Source: Lama guanicoe (Eukaryota). From it: a stretch of 64,000 nt of DNA. This document shows, one piece after another, positions 48,511 to 62,879 of this stretch (position 1 is the stretch's first letter; each line of letters opens with the position of its first letter). A program made the position numbers and the translations under genes. The notes under the pieces were generated by a model. That model searched no databases and was not told the origin of the DNA. It saw nothing but the letters and a program-made list of their open reading frames with translations. Location: positions 3,481,041 to 3,545,040 of the forward strand of contig MU054212.1 of NCBI GenBank assembly GCA_013239625.1, written 5' to 3'.

Positions 48511-50809
48511 ATATCTTTGGAAATACTTTTTACATTTATGCATTTACAGTGTTCACATCATAGCCTAGGGAAGACATGCACTCATCTTTATTTTATCTGT
48601 TTCGGTTTAGAAGAAAAGAATTCCCCTTCAGAATTATGAGAATATTCATTAGATTAAAAAAAAACTAGCAGAATAGAAGGAAGTAACAATAGACAAAGTA
48701 TTTCTGTGTATAGAGAGAAATGATGAGAATTTATCATATTAAAATAGCTTCAACTACTTTCCCACTTGTCAGAAATAGTTATGTCCAAATTAAAGCTATT
48801 AGGCACAGGTTAGGAGAGTGACAAGGTTTGTGACAATCTCCTTTGGACTGAAAATATCATGGACAAATAGAAACAGCTCTTGGAAGACTTTCTGGCTGTC
48901 ACTCTTCTGCCTACGTTGAGAATGTTCTCAATTTAGGATGAGACCATTCTACCTCTTTAAAACATTAAAGTTACGGTTTTGGGGGGGGTTTTGGCCTTGT
49001 TCGGCAGACTCCCACATTTACAGCCAAGTAACTTGTCCTCAGCTGGTCTTCATCAGCAAATTTGCCATGACCCGTCTACTTCCAATGCTCAGAAGCAGTA
49101 CTGAAAGACCAGGGAATACTTTTTCTCCCTCTCCCTCTCTCTTTTTACATTGAAGTAGCTAACACATTGGGCATGAAGGGAAATTATGGCAGTGTGATGA
49201 AAATAGGAACGAGGTAATTAAAATGAGATAATTTAATAGGGTACACCTTAGGTGAGAGGAGAGTGAACTTCCAAAATGGAGCCCATTAAACCACAGCAGA
49301 AGCAAAGGCAGCAATAAAATCTTGCAAATGCTACCTAACCCTGGAGGTCTCCCAGGACAACCAAGCCACAGACCCCTTGATGGAAAGTGATTTTTATAAA
49401 CCTCATGAACTGGACCCATAAACAGAAAAGCAATTACAATACTGACCCAGCATGCTGGCTGAAAACACCCACAGTCAAAAATAGATCACATGAATAAATG
49501 AACACGTAGAAATGCCTACTCAGATATTTTCCGTCAAGAGAAAGAAACTGGAAGAGAAGCATCTGGATAATCTATGAGCAAAAGCAAGAAGTCGGTTAAG
49601 TTGATTATTAGCTATCCTCTACTTAAAAGACCTCATTTTTAAGGAATGGCTTTTCAGGGCAGGAACAATTTCTTGGTTAGCACGTACACCAAAGCCCTAA
49701 AGACACAAACTTTTTATTTAGTTTCTTATTTTGTTGTTGCGCGTTTGTTTGGGAAGAACACTGCAGCCATAAGAAAAGAAAGTCAGGAAACCTCAGGCCC
49801 CCACCTCCAGCCTTACAGTCATTCAGTAGACGAAATGCACTACACCTTTATTGTGTATAGATTTCAATTTATTGACAAACACACTTTAGAAAATGTTTAG
49901 ATTTCTTTATAATCCAGGATGTATGGATTGAAAAAAAAATTCAGAAGAGACTGAACTTCTCTAATAACACAAGTAGAAAGAGGACCAGCCTAAATGAACA
50001 GAACATCACTGCTACAGCAGGTCTTAAATTGAATTCCGTTTCCTGGCCCACAGTTACATATGCGGACAATTAATGGTTAATGAATTCCAGAAAATAGAGG
50101 TCCTTCCAGACTGGGTTTAATACAGAAAAGAGGATTATTTATGAACGAGTACATTATATAAATTTTGGTATGACCAAAATGCTTCATAGACTAAAATTGT
50201 ATGCTTGAAGCTGTAGATTAAATTTGTGTGTACTTAATACATACCATCAGAGCAAACGGTAGTAAGGCCAAGTCTGAATTCACACACATTTTAAATTTAT
50301 GAAGTTGGAATTAATGTGGTTTTATTACATAGGAGTTGAACTTTCTAATGTTGGAAGGAGAGACCCTGCTACAACATAAAATGATGTACTTTAAAAAATT
50401 TTGGTCGTGGGAAGTAAGAGAACCGTAGTACAAGATCTTAAATGATAGCTAACTTTAAAGGCTTGGGAAGAGAAACTTCTGAGAGTGGTAGAGACTAAGC
50501 CATTTACTCTATGTGGTACGCATTCAGTCGTGTGTTAAGCAAGTAAGAATGACGGAATAAATGGAAAACAAGAAATGCAGTTTTAGTTCTGTTACATATT
50601 TTACCCACACAGACTAAATAAACCTTTGGTTACAAAAAATAAAACCTCCTCAAAATACATTAGTCCGGTGACTTTTGATATAAGCAATACAGGGGTGGGG
50701 CAAAAAATAGTTATTGTGGAATTATATTAAATCGTGTGTGTGAAACTGTTAAAAATTGAAAATCACTATAGAATTGAAAGAATTTTTCACTCAACAAAAA
50801 TACATAATA

Positions 50810-51120
50810 TAAAATACCTCACTAACATGTGTTCTGTTTGCATGTTGAAATGATGCTTTGGATATACGGGGGCCAAATGAAATATACTATTAAAATTAAT
50901 CTCATCTGTTTCGTTTTACTTTTCTGTCACAGCTACTGGACAATTCCATGTGGGAACAACATAACTCACATTATGTTGTCCCTGGAGAGCACCTCCCTGG
51001 AGTGTGACCCCCGGACGGGCAGCACTGCCCCCACGGGTGCTTGTGAGCAGCACAGAATCCTGGGCCTCTCTCAAGAACTACTGAGTCAGCGTCTGCATTT
51101 TAACAAGATGCCCAAGCTAA
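50810..51120. mobile_element. MER33-like and MER5A-like hAT MITE fragments
   Basis: catgttgaaatgat...aatatactattaaaattaat...agctactggacaatt, then cagaatcctgggcc...actactgagtcagcgtctgcattttaacaagat. Confidence 0.7.
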
Positions 51121-51519
51121 ATGCATTCCTGTTACAGAAGAACTTTCTTGACTTCATGAGAGTTTCAGCGCAGACACTGGTCTCCAAACCTTCTCAATCC
51201 CTTAAGCACAGGGTCTGTGTAGAAATTACCGTCGTTCTTTAAGGACCTACAATACGCCTTCCCTTGAGGGCTCATTCTATGCTTCCTAAATATTGATTTC
51301 AGTAAATAATCAGAAATGCATTTGCTATTACCATGACTATGTTTACCATATTGAAATGACAATGGCTACATACACTGCCTGTGTGGCAGTTACTACCCTT
51401 AAGAGTTAAAAAATGTATGTGCCCCACACACTAAAGACAAAAGGAGACAATGGCCAGGTGAACAATAGGATATATGGATTTCCTACATATAACATCACTG
51501 TTCTTGAAATAGGAAGGAA

Positions 51520-51970
51520 ACACCGGGGTTAAAACAACCGTGTGCGACAGCCCGGCCCTGCTGCCTGCCAGGGTCTAATTGTCAGCCAGCTTCCCTGTGG
51601 GAGCAGAGTAATGAAGGTTATTGTTGAGCGTGCAGGCAGACGGGCTATTGTTTCTGTCTGCTTTGCAGTTGGCAGTTTGAGGATGAAGGGAAACCAAGCC
51701 GTATTCTTTTCTGTTCCTTTTTTCCTTGTTTGAGTTACCAAGTTCTCATTCTGGTTTATCACTCTGCCCCTCCTTCTGGAGGAATTTAGATTGAGTTTGC
51801 TGCTTCTGAAAGCCAGGTATCATGTTAATGAATCACTAAAAAGAAAGCTGGTCTAATTATAGCCAAATGGCGCAAAATCATCTCCCTTATGATTGCCCCT
51901 GATTAGGTGGAGGCTGCTGTGCTCGCTGCAGGAGGCTCCAGATTATCGCAGAAAAAATGCAAGGTGCCCA
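51520..51970. promoter_or_regulatory. Candidate enhancer / conserved non-coding element
   Basis: Repeat-free. ggtctaatt occurs twice (~51572 and ~51850), with attgtt SOX-type sites and gattag. Confidence 0.4.
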
Positions 51971-52239
51971 CGGCCTGCCAGGAGGGGCAGGGCTTGCAGA
52001 AAACAAAAACTACTGCAGCTGTCCTCTGTTATTCTGTTGTTAAAGTTCTGTCTTAAAGTTTCCTAGACTCGTTAGCTTCAAACCGGCATGGTTCAATGAA
52101 TGCTTTTAGTGAACTGATCTAATGTTTAATAAATGAATATTAATCAACTGGTAATTAAGTAATTACCCATAGGCTACCATACTATTATGGTCAGGCTTCA
52201 TTTGCATATAAGGAATACGAATTTGTTTAAGCCATTACA

Positions 52240-53150
52240 AAAAAAAAGGTATTCAATTTGATAAATCATTAAGAAGAGATACATTAAATCACAGTGAGAT
52301 TCCACTGCACATCCACCAGAATAATGAAAAATTTTTAAACATGAAAAATACCAAGTAAATTGGTATAACCTCTTTGAAACATTGGTTGGCACTGTCTACT
52401 CATGTTGAACACACACACATAGACACACATACACACATACACGCACAGAGTTACACCCCACCTAGCAATTCCACTGCCAGGTATACACTGAATAAAAATG
52501 TGTGTATGTGTGCCCAGGAAGACATGCACTGGACGCTTCTAACAGCCGCAGACTGGAAGCTATCCAAATACTCTTCAACAGTAGGATGGATAAACGTGAC
52601 GCAGCATACCCACGCTGCAACTCTACACAACAGGGGCTGGCAGACTACGGCCTACTGGCCGAGGCCAGCTCAGTGCCTGTTTTATTACTGGCCCTCGGGC
52701 TAAGAATAGATTTTGTATTTTTAAAGGGGTGGTAAAAACAACAGCAACAAAAATAAATAATGGCAACAATGAAGGATGTGTACCAGAGACTAGGCGTGGA
52801 CTCCAAAGTCTACAATATTAACTGTCTGGCCTTTCGTAGAAAGAGCTCGCCAACCTCAAACGGAGCAGAGAATGAGCAAACCACAAGCACAGGCAACAAT
52901 GTGGATGGATCCACAAGCAACACATCAAGCAAAAGGCGGTACATCCACATAGAGACACGGAAAAAATCAACCTGTGACCTCAGAAGCCAGGTTAGTGGTG
53001 ACACCCGACCAGAGCAGTGACCTGGGAGAGGATTACATGATGCTCCCCTAGAACCGCCTGTTTCACAGGTGTATCCAGCTTGTGGGAAACTGGACAAGCT
53101 GCACCCTTATGACATGTGTAAGCATATATTATCTGAACAATTGCATCCGA
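52240..53150 (+). mobile_element. L1ME-type 3' region
   Basis: attaaatcacagtgagattccactgcacatccaccagaat, ctagcaattccact, actggaagctatccaaata, agaagccaggttagtggtgac. Confidence 0.8.
52631..52857 (+). mobile_element. MER58-like hAT MITE nested in the L1
   Basis: caggggctggcagactacggcc...gggctaagaatagatttt...aatattaactgtctggcctttcgtagaaagagctcgccaacc. Confidence 0.8.
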
Positions 53151-53394
53151 TGGATTACAGGGAAATGCAACTTAAATGACTGGTCTCCCCTCCTCTCTCC
53201 CAGATCATGTAAAAACCTGGTATCTAGAAAACTGAGGAGAGACTTTTCTTCTCTGGGCTATTGTGGTTACCAGTGATGTCCTCATTTTCTAAACCATGTG
53301 TTCCTTTCTGGCACTGTTACTTGCACACAAAACTAGAATTTATTATTATTTTTTAACCTGAGGCCCCTGCAACTTATTTCTTTGATTCCTTATT

Positions 53395-53780
53395 CTTTTT
53401 GTTGTTGTTGTTTCTAATTGAAGTCTAGTTGATTTACAGTGCTGTGTCAGTTTCAGGTGTACAGCAAGGTGATTTAGTTATACATATATATTCTTTTTCA
53501 GATTCTTTTTCATTTATAGGTTATTACAAGATATTGAATAGAGTTCCCTGTGTTATATAGTAGGTCCTTGCTGTTTATCTATTCTGTGTAGTAGTTTGTA
53601 TCTGTCAATCCCAAACTCTTAATTTATCCCTCCCCCACCCATTTCCCCTGTGGTAACCATAAATTTGTTATCTATGTCTGTAAGTCTGTTTCCATTTTGA
53701 AAATAAGTTCCTTTGTCCCTTTTTTTTTAGATTCCACATATAAGTGATATCACATGATATTTGTTTTTCTCTGTCTGATG
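53395..53780 (-). mobile_element. Cetartiodactyl-type L1 3' end
   Basis: attgaagtctagttgatttaca...agttccctgtgttatatagtaggtccttg...ttagattccacatataagtgata. Confidence 0.9.
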
Positions 53781-53789
53781 ACTCCCTGT

Positions 53790-54632
53790 TCTTGATCGTA
53801 GCTTTTCTCTCCCATCTCATATCCAAGGCATTAGGCAATCCTGTGGATTCTGCCTTCAACACAGATGCACAATCCAAACATTTTTCTCTGCCTTCACTGC
53901 TACAAGCATGGTTCTAGCCATCAGCATGTCTCCCTTGATTTGGTCTCCTAACTAGTCAGTCTCTTGGTTTTTACCTTTGTGTCCCCCACGCCCCCAACCC
54001 ACCCCTAAACGGCCTATGCACAACATAGAAAGTCATGTGATCCTTTGGAAACAAAGATAGTATTACTGCCGGGGTGAAAAATCCTTCAATAACTCTCCTC
54101 ATTCAGAATGACAAGCCGGCATCCTCACAATGGCTAACGGCCAGCACATCTCTCTGCCCCGCCCCACAAACACACATTCACTCACATTCCCCGGCCTCCT
54201 TCCGTTCCTCAGAAATGTCAGGACCATTCCTGCCTTGGGGCCTCTGAATGAGCTGCCCTCTCTACCCAGATCACTCGTTCTCCGGATCGCTCCAGAGCCA
54301 AGCCATTGCCTCCTTCCAGTCATTACTAAAATAAAAGACACAAGTGCTCAGTCAGGCCTATTGTGATGATTCTATTTAAAATCGTCAGCCTCCCTTGTTG
54401 GTCCTTCTGACCTTGCCTTTTCTTACTGCAATTCTTACACCTGAACATCCTTTATAACGTATCTATTTATGGTGAACATTATTTATTATCTATCTTTTCC
54501 AGGTAGTTGACAAGTTCCTGAAGGGCAGTAATTTTTCATTTGTATGGTGATGTATCTCAAGAGTCTATACCAGTGTTTGGCACAGAGAAAGTTTTAGTAG
54601 CTATTGCTGAGTGAATCAGGAATGAATAAATG
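53790..54632 (+). mobile_element. L2 3' fragment
   Basis: aatcctgtggattctgccttc, tggtctcctaact, aagttcctgaagggcag, ttgctgagtgaatcaggaatgaataaat. Confidence 0.85.
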
Positions 54633-55368
54633 GGGCCCTGCCCCCCCAGGTACGGCATTCTTTTGGCACCTCTGAGCCTTGCCACATCCCTGGGGTGCGG
54701 CTGTAGGCTGAAGCGGGTCACCACTACTTAAGGGCCCGTGATCTCTAGCCTCCATCCAGCATGGGGAACCATGTCTTCTTTCTCTCGGGGCTTCTGAGCG
54801 TCTTCTGATGGAACCCTTTTAGAGAAACAAAGCCACAAGGGAGATAATTTTTAAACAGCTTAAGCTTTCAACCTGGCTCAAACCACCTCTTCTTGGAATG
54901 AGAAGGAAGAAAATGAAAGGCAGACAGTAATTTATCCCAGCATCCGTAGACACCCCTGTCTTTCCTGAGAGGGGCAGCTGTGGAGAGCGCTCAGGCTTCG
55001 CTGGGTCTGCAACATTTGGGAGCAACATTTAGAGAGCTCAGCTTTGTGTCTATTAATATGAACTCATCTTATGTGGCTTTGTAAATAGGACATTTGATAT
55101 CACTTATATTTATAAGACCCAATCTTTATACTTTATTTTAGTTGGGCACTGAAAGTTGGTAGTTTTTGTTTTATGAGACTAAATCTTTTTTAAGTCTATG
55201 TTCTGCTGTCACATAAAATAGACCAATTTTTCTGAACTTGTCTTCCAAGGTCATGTTAAACAGTTATTTGCATAAATGTGCTCAACAATGGGAACACAAT
55301 GCAAGGCTTACAAATGGAGAAACAGATTTCCACATGAAACTTAGGTTCAACATTTAAAATGCTTCGTA

Positions 55369-55600
55369 CACCTGACCCTTGAACCATGCATGGGGGTGGG
55401 TGTTAGGCAGTTAGTGGCACGGACCCTCAATGCCGTCCAAAATCCGCCTCTAATGTGTAGCTGACTCTCCGTATCTACCGTTCCACATTCAGGGATGCAG
55501 CCAACCAAGCATTGTGTAGTACTACGGTATTTGCTATTGAAAAAAATCTGCACGTAAGTGAACCTGCACGGTCCAAACGCATGTGTTTCAGGGTCAACTG
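55369..55600 (+). mobile_element. MER8 MITE, full length with TA flanks
   Basis: ta|cacctgacccttgaac ... gtttcagggtcaactg|ta terminal inverted repeats. Confidence 0.9.
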
Positions 55601-56117
55601 TACTTCTTAACGTAAAGCATAAAACTATGCTATCACAGGGAGATTATTTTAAATTCTACTTTACACTGTTTTTGGTTCTATGATTGTTAACTCCAAGCAG
55701 AGGTCTCATTTGTCAATAGAAATCATAAAAACATATTTTGGTGTTAGTTGACTTATGTGAGAAGGTTTATCCTCCCACGGAGAGAAGAACAAGTGGAAAG
55801 AAAGGCAAAAGTTCTCAAAATACAAAGCAAGCTAATTAAAATGTCACGGTCACTAAGCAGAAAATAGTAATGGTCATTATTAAAAATCATAACTTACTCT
55901 AGCAAGGGCTGTTTTCATTGAAAATGTTAATGACATGAAATTTTCTGCTCATCAGCTCCATTTAGAAAAACTAACTCATGAAACACACTAAACAAGTGAT
56001 GTTTTTAGTAAAGTATAACTTTTTTACTTTAAAAAATGACGATATAAAGTTACTTATGTGTAAGTAATTTATTAGCATTTTACTCCAAAAAGTTCTGGTA
56101 AGAAACTCAGAACTTAC

Positions 56118-56223
56118 TTTAATAATAATAATAATAAAATTATTATTTAATTTAATAATTAATTAAATAATTAATTAAATAATAATAATAATATAAGTAT
56201 TATTATTATTATTTTATAATTAA
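56118..56223. repeat. AT-only low-complexity tract with (AAT)n/(ATT)n inverted repeats
   Basis: One G and no C in about 105 bp. 17-bp perfect stem between 56177-56193 and 56198-56214. Confidence 0.95.
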
Positions 56224-56279
56224 GTGCTCAGAGAACACGCCTACATATCATCACTGAGAAATTAAGCATGGGGGAAGGG

Positions 56280-56500
56280 GAGCCTGATCTGCCACAAAAC
56301 AGATCATGCTTCAAATCATAGGCTCAGCAATCAAGTTGGGTAAAACGTATCCAACACTTGGTTTCCATTCCTATAAAATGAGGATACTAATAGTGCCCAC
56401 TGCATAGGAGTTTTGTGAGGATTAAGTGGAATAATACATAAAGCATATAGTTGAGTGTCTGGCACTGGTACAAATTTAGTAAGTCCTAACTGTTGTTGCA
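56280..56500 (+). mobile_element. MIR
   Basis: ggtttccattcctataaaatgaggatactaatagtgcccactgcataggagttttgtgaggattaagtgg. Confidence 0.85.
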
Positions 56501-58279
56501 GGTTTTTTCTAAACGAGCTTTGTGAGTATAACTTTATAAACTTATAGCACTGAATTTTTGCATTCAGATGCAGAAATTCAGTGTATTCCCATTGCATGTC
56601 TTCTTATTAATGCAGCCCATCCCTCCACGTTATTAATATCACCTTGGATCTCAAATTCATGGTTCAACTTCCCTTCTATCCTTCCTAGTGTCGTATGACT
56701 CCCAGTTTTGATTGTCCGGTCATCTACATCTTTACCCAACTCCTTTGTAAAAACGGCAGGCAAAACAGGTAACAGTCACATCCCTAAATTTCAACCTTAA
56801 GAATTTAATTAGCAGTAGACCAAAAATTAGCTCTCCTTGGTTAAATCTTTCCATCTGTTATCAATCTTTGAATATTCTTTCACAGAGTTAACATTGCATT
56901 TATTACATTATGCTTTGAGGAACAATGGTTTTTATACATCTCTTTATTTATCTGCTAGATTGTAGGCTCCTTGTTGTTAAGGGCTATCTATGACTTACTC
57001 ATTTTTAAAAAATTTATTCATTTAATCCACTGTAGGTACCAAAGTGCCTTATATATGCACTTGTTATGTAGCTGTTTTCTGAGTTAGCAGGATGGAAAAA
57101 TGATTGAAGATAAAGATGGACATACCTTTGACTAAAAAATATTATGTCTCCATTGAGGAAAAGGTCACCTCCTTTAATGCAACGTGCAGCTCCTGGAAGG
57201 AGACCAACCCACCTTTGAGATCAATAAAGTGACAGTGATCACAGAAAGGTCATCCTCACATCTATTTCATTTTCCAAGCTTCGCATGCGTCTTTTTTTTA
57301 CAACGCTTCTTGCTTTCGTCCACCTTAGATGCCGCTGTCGTGAACCTTAATTAAACCATGTTTGCAAAGCACATTGAGTTCTTCAGGATAAAGAAGCTCT
57401 GGAATTGTGTTGTGTGAACAGTGATGTGACATCTCTGCTCCCTCCTTTGCTGTGTCTATAAATCCCAGGCTCCAAACCAGAAGCAGAAAAGCAATATATA
57501 ATCTGGCATGATATAAAAGTACAACACATTTCCACCAAGTGTTCCTCGACTTTAGGGATGTGTTTTATTTAAAAACACATATGCTGAATGGTTTTTCTTA
57601 CTAAAGGGCAATGAGCAGAGGTTGGAAACAGATTCCAGCCCTGCCAAGAGTTAACTTTGTTTCATTGAATGATGAGGAACAAATTGAATAACCTTGGATA
57701 ATCACTTTACATTTTAAACCTTGGTTTCTTCATCTGTGAACCATGGAATTAGAATAGGTGATTGCTCACTTACCTTTGAGATCTGCCGAAATGTCAGGCA
57801 AATAGGATAGTGCAATTTCTTATGCACAGATTTATATGCACCACTGTATATGACATGACAATTAAAATTTGAGGCCTCAAAGTTAGGATGACAAATGAGT
57901 TCATGATTTAAAGATAAGTGACTTGAAGAAGGATTGTCAAATGTAAATGATTGTCTTAAATATTAACTGCCTGGAATGTCTTCCCATTTATTCTTCACAG
58001 AGGTACATCCTGGCCATCGCCTCAAGCCCAGCACGAAGGAGAGTCCCTCTTCTGGTCCATCCTATGTTGTTTATTCTCCATCTAAATTGTAAGATCATTG
58101 TAAGATCACTTCGTGTCTTCTACTTTTTATCTGGGAAAAAACCTACATATCTAGGCATTAGGGATTTTGAGCACTCAGTGATTAAGCAGCTTCTATAAGT
58201 GTCTGATCACTATATCTACTATTAAAGATAGACATAAGCAACCTTAATTGCCCATGTAATATATCCTAATGTGAATCAA

Positions 58280-58450
58280 CGTGGGCCCCAACCTTGACTC
58301 TGCCGTTTACTCAAGGTTTCTGCCTCTCAGTTTCCAAATTTATAAAATAGTGAATTGCCATCTACCTTTTAGAGATACTAGGAAGATTAAATGAAGTCAC
58401 GTGAGCAAAGCTGGCACATAATACATATGTGATAAATGGTAATTACTGGT
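58280..58450 (+). mobile_element. MIR
   Basis: ctctgccgtttact...ctcagtttccaaatttataaaatag...gaagattaaatgaag. Confidence 0.7.
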
Positions 58451-59361
58451 ATCATATATTTGCTTTTGTACATTTACACAACTAATCACTGGTCTTTGAC
58501 CTCTGTGTGTGACCAGATCTCCTGGGGAGCTCCTTAAATATTGAGCTTCTTAGAACCCAGCCCTAGAGAGTCTGACTCTGGTGATCCTTGAAACTTGCTT
58601 TGAGATATGCTGTCTCACGGCTGAATTGTTCATAACTCACCCCTATTCTTAAAATACTTCAGATACACATTCCTCAGAGTTCCACAGTTGTCAAGCGTTC
58701 AACTCTTTACTAAGTATTAAAATATTAAAATATTTTGATGCCTGCTATCCTGAAAGTTAGGCGGCTTATTGAAACAACCTGGAAGCTATTAGCTTGAAAA
58801 CAGGGATGAAAAATTACCTTGCGCAATTTTTCTGACCAAAGAAAATAATTGCTTTCTCACGGCCTGAAAATTACACAAACTCTCCCCCCTCATATTACAA
58901 CTGCTATTTCCAATTTCCAAGTATGGTTAAGGCCTCAGGTTACCCACATATTCTCTGAACTTCAACATTTTAGACAATTAGTTTTAGGGCAAGGTTTACA
59001 CTGGATTTCATTTTGCTCTTCTGCCAATTGGCAGTATCACTATACAATTGATATTAAAACTGGTGTCAGTAAATTGCTTCAACCAATATTTTTGATGCAT
59101 TGTTCCTTAGCTCAACTTGCAAGTACTTTAGAATTTTGAGAGCAAACCATAAAAGATTAAGGGCACAAGGGCAAAAACATGTTAGAATTATAAATATGAG
59201 CAGTTTCTATCCGCACAGATTTTCAAACTATAAAACTATTTAAACTTTTAGTATCTAAACTTTTAGTCTCTTCTTCAAAAATTCTAAGCCATTGTGAAGA
59301 ATGCTAATTGGGAACAAAAAAATTTACTTTTATTCTTCCTAGAATCTAGGTCATCCCCTCA

Positions 59362-59842
59362 TGTATTAGGGTGAATGTTTGATTGCTATAAGAAAGAGAT
59401 CAAAATAAGAGTGGTTTAAAGAAGATGAAGCTACTTTCTCTTCACATAAAAGTCTAGGTCAGCCATCCAGGGCCAGTAGAAGGCACTACAATCAACAGAG
59501 ACCCACATTCCTTCCATCCTGTTGCTCAGGCATCCTCAGCCCAGATCTCGCATTTCACTGTTCAGGATGGATGTTTCAGCTTCTGTCAATACATCCCACT
59601 GTGGCCCATGGGAAAGGGTCACTGGAGGGGTTAGGCATGCTTCTTGCTTTGCCATGCACAACCCAGAAATGGCGCCTAAAAATTCATTCACATCCCAACG
59701 GGCAAACTTAGTCACATGTCCATGTTTAGCTTCAAAGGAGGATAAAAAATGTAATCTCTAGCTGGGTTTTCCTATGCCCAACTATAAATTCTTTTACTAA
59801 GACGTGAATGGATGTTGGAAGACTTCTGGCTTCCTCTTCAAC
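59362..59842 (-). mobile_element. Old MLT1 (J/K/L-like) MaLR LTR
   Basis: tgtattagg...gtggtttaaagaagatg, cagagacccacattccttccatcctgttgctc, acttagtcacatgtccatgtttagcttcaaaggag...aaatgtaatctctagctggg. Confidence 0.8.
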
Positions 59843-60289
59843 ATCTGACATTCAATAAATTCAAGAGGATTGGAGCAGCACACAATGAATGCTTTTGAAT
59901 CAGTGTACAAACCTGGAGACCTTTGGATACTCGACTGTCTGAGGGATGAGGTTGTATGAAAGGTAGAACTTGTGCTAAGAAGTGGGAAGCTAAAGGACCA
60001 GAGACAAAACGTGCTTACGTTCTATCAACAACATCAGCCTGAGGACTTACTGGTTTCGAAATGTTCAGATATTTTTCTGAGCATCTAACTTGCTAACCAG
60101 TTAAGGGAATTAAGCATTTTTATTAGACACCACAAGACACAAGGTAGAGAAATTTGGGCCTCAACTAAGAAAACAAGTAAAACCTGATATCAAGTATTGA
60201 ATCTTATAACTAAACCAGCACAATCTCCTAGAGACACTAATACTTGGATATATACACTTATGCCGCAATATAACCTGTGATAATTCCAC

Positions 60290-61200
60290 AGAAGTTAAAA
60301 ACTAACATTTATTCCCTTTTTACAGCTGTTCAGCTTTTAATTGTGTAACTATACCACTGTTATTCAACTACTGGGTCCCTACTGATGATAATTTCTCTTG
60401 TTTGCAGTCTTTGCTGTTAACAATGGTGCTACCACAAATGGCCTTGTGTGCAGAGTATCTTTTTTTTTTTTTTTACAATACTGGCAGCATATCTTTGGGA
60501 TGGAATCTTGGAAATGGCGTTGTATATCCTCAGGTATTTTAAAAGGTTTGTGTTTCGTTCTAAAGATTAACATTATACTATACGATACCCTTGGTCTCTT
60601 TATCGGAAGGGCATGGGGGCTCTCTTTTGGTTCTCTATTATAAGCCGTAGTGAAATTAGCCAGTAACTCCTTTTTCCCTCCCCTCCCCCTCCAGCATTTA
60701 TTTTTTAGGAATATCCTTTTATTCTCAATTAACACCTGTAAGATTATGAACTGATTCTACTTTTTCATATACTGTCTTCAAACTTCCCCCACATTTCGTT
60801 GATTGTCAGAGAATACAACCATTTTATACTACATCATCTTCCTTAGAACCATTGTTTAATCCTAATTCCACAGTTAAACGTATATTTAATGCTTATCATC
60901 AGTCCTCATGCAGATGTCACTCCAACAGTTTCGATTATTTGCAGTTCATTCTCTCACAACAGACTTTTTGGAGAGTGTCATGGGAATAATATTTTCCGAA
61001 GTTTTGCAAGCTCATAATCACTTGTCTTTGGCTTTTACAACATAAAGATCAGTCTGGATCATATCTTTTTTCCTGAGTTATCTTAAATATATGACTCCAT
61101 TTGCTTTCTGGCATGAAAGCCAAAAGTCTGATATTCTTTTCCTTACAAGTTAGTTGCTCCTTTTGACTGGATGCTGAAAGGAGACCAAAGATGAATGCTT
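60290..61200 (-). mobile_element. L1ME-type 3' fragments
   Basis: ttgtttgcagtctttgctgttaacaatggtgct, atctttgggatggaatcttggaaatgg, aaagtctgatattc. Confidence 0.65.
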
Positions 61201-62879
61201 CATTTCATTCTGTGTTTTTTTTCCTCCCTGTACTGTCATCATGTGGAAGTTACAGCAGCTTCTGTTCTAGCAGAGGCTCGGCAGCCAAGGAGAAAAGTGA
61301 CGACAATCTCATGTCTTACGTAAGGAGTGGGATTTCAGCAAGTGGCACCAGGGCGAGGATGTTTATGCAGGAGTAGGGGATCAGAAGCAATACACGGAAA
61401 TCTCAGGAAGCCAGTAATTGCATCAATCAAATATAGAAATAAATAGCAAGATGATGCAGAGACAGGATTTCAGGAATATGATTCTGTCTCCAAAGAAGTT
61501 AGCAGGACAAAGGAAAATGGCCAACATCAGAACAGGAAGGAGTTGATGAAGACGGTCCTAGTGTTCACTTAACCCTTAGGAGAGTCATGTAATACAGGTA
61601 TTGTGTCACTTAATGGATAAAAAATATAAACCCTTGAAAAGTGAAGAAAAACGACCAAGTTTATGCAGTCAGCAGAGATTGGAAAACCAGGAGACAGGTC
61701 ACCTGGTGTTTCTAGCTATATTTACCAGAAGCAAAAACTCCTAGAAAGACTTAAAAGGATTCCTATTTCTGAGGAGTCAGCCACCAGAATTACACCCTGC
61801 ACCTCCGGTACCACAAGAGAAATTCAGTCCTCATGTGAAGGAACCCTTTCAAGGCAGAAACAGGTGGGTAAACCAGCCACCCATCTAAGAATCTGGGGGC
61901 TGCCATATTTGTTTTGGAATTGAAAGTCTTGTGGTTTCTTTCAAATAATATCCCAACAATATCACAAATGGCCAAATTTTGACCATCAATATTTTTCAAA
62001 AAAAATAGTAATGGAAGAGTATTCACTATTCTTTATTTTCCTCTTCTGTTTTGTATCATAATTGAAGTGAACATAATTTCCTCAATTATAATGGAAGCTA
62101 ACTCTAGCTTTTCAAATCAGTTTGCTCCCTGTCTAGGATGTGAAATTACAGTGCATGTTTTGAAGGCATCATTTTGCTTCTGAGGTAGCAATTTCTCTAA
62201 ATCCTTGCCTTGTGGCCTCAGCGAATGCATTTGGCAGGAGAAGCAGGCTGACAGGAAAGGGAGAGCTTCGGTGAACACAAGTACCTTGGGAAATCAGCAG
62301 TGATGTGAAAAGAAATACATAAAAGCTACCCCGCACAGTGTATCTGTTTTTAACGGAACTTCATTAAAAGTATATGTGTCTTAAAGTCTGCCTCAGTGTG
62401 GCAGTGGGTTTCTACAGATGAAGTTTGAGAGCACTTAGAAGTTCTCTTTCAATTCTTTTCTTTTTAATTCACTCACTACAAGCTTTGATAGAGAAAAGGA
62501 GAATAATTTCTGGTTCATATTAACTTTGTAGCAGGGTTTGCACTGTTTGTCATTGATTTCCTAGAAACCTTAAAAATCAAAGCCAAAAGGGAGCTCCTGA
62601 TTTAGGAAATGAGAATCTGAGTCATTAGAAGAGTGGGCCCAGCAGGAGCTGCCTTCAGGGGCATTGTGCCCAAAGACGTGTGCATCCTAGAAGGTTCTAG
62701 AACACTGGCTGAGGAGATGGTCTTGAATCCAAGCAACGTCTGGCACAGAGCTGGCCCTCAGTGAGTATCTAATGAATGAATGAGTATGACGTCAGTGGGA
62801 GTGAAAACCCAGGACTCAGGAAGTAGAACCAAAAGCAAAAAAGAGAGGAATTTTTAAACATGGCAACCATTCCCCATAA

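Noticed and set aside
52760..53097. ORF pair of 86 and 95 aa
   Set aside because: Entirely within MER58 and L1 3' sequence.
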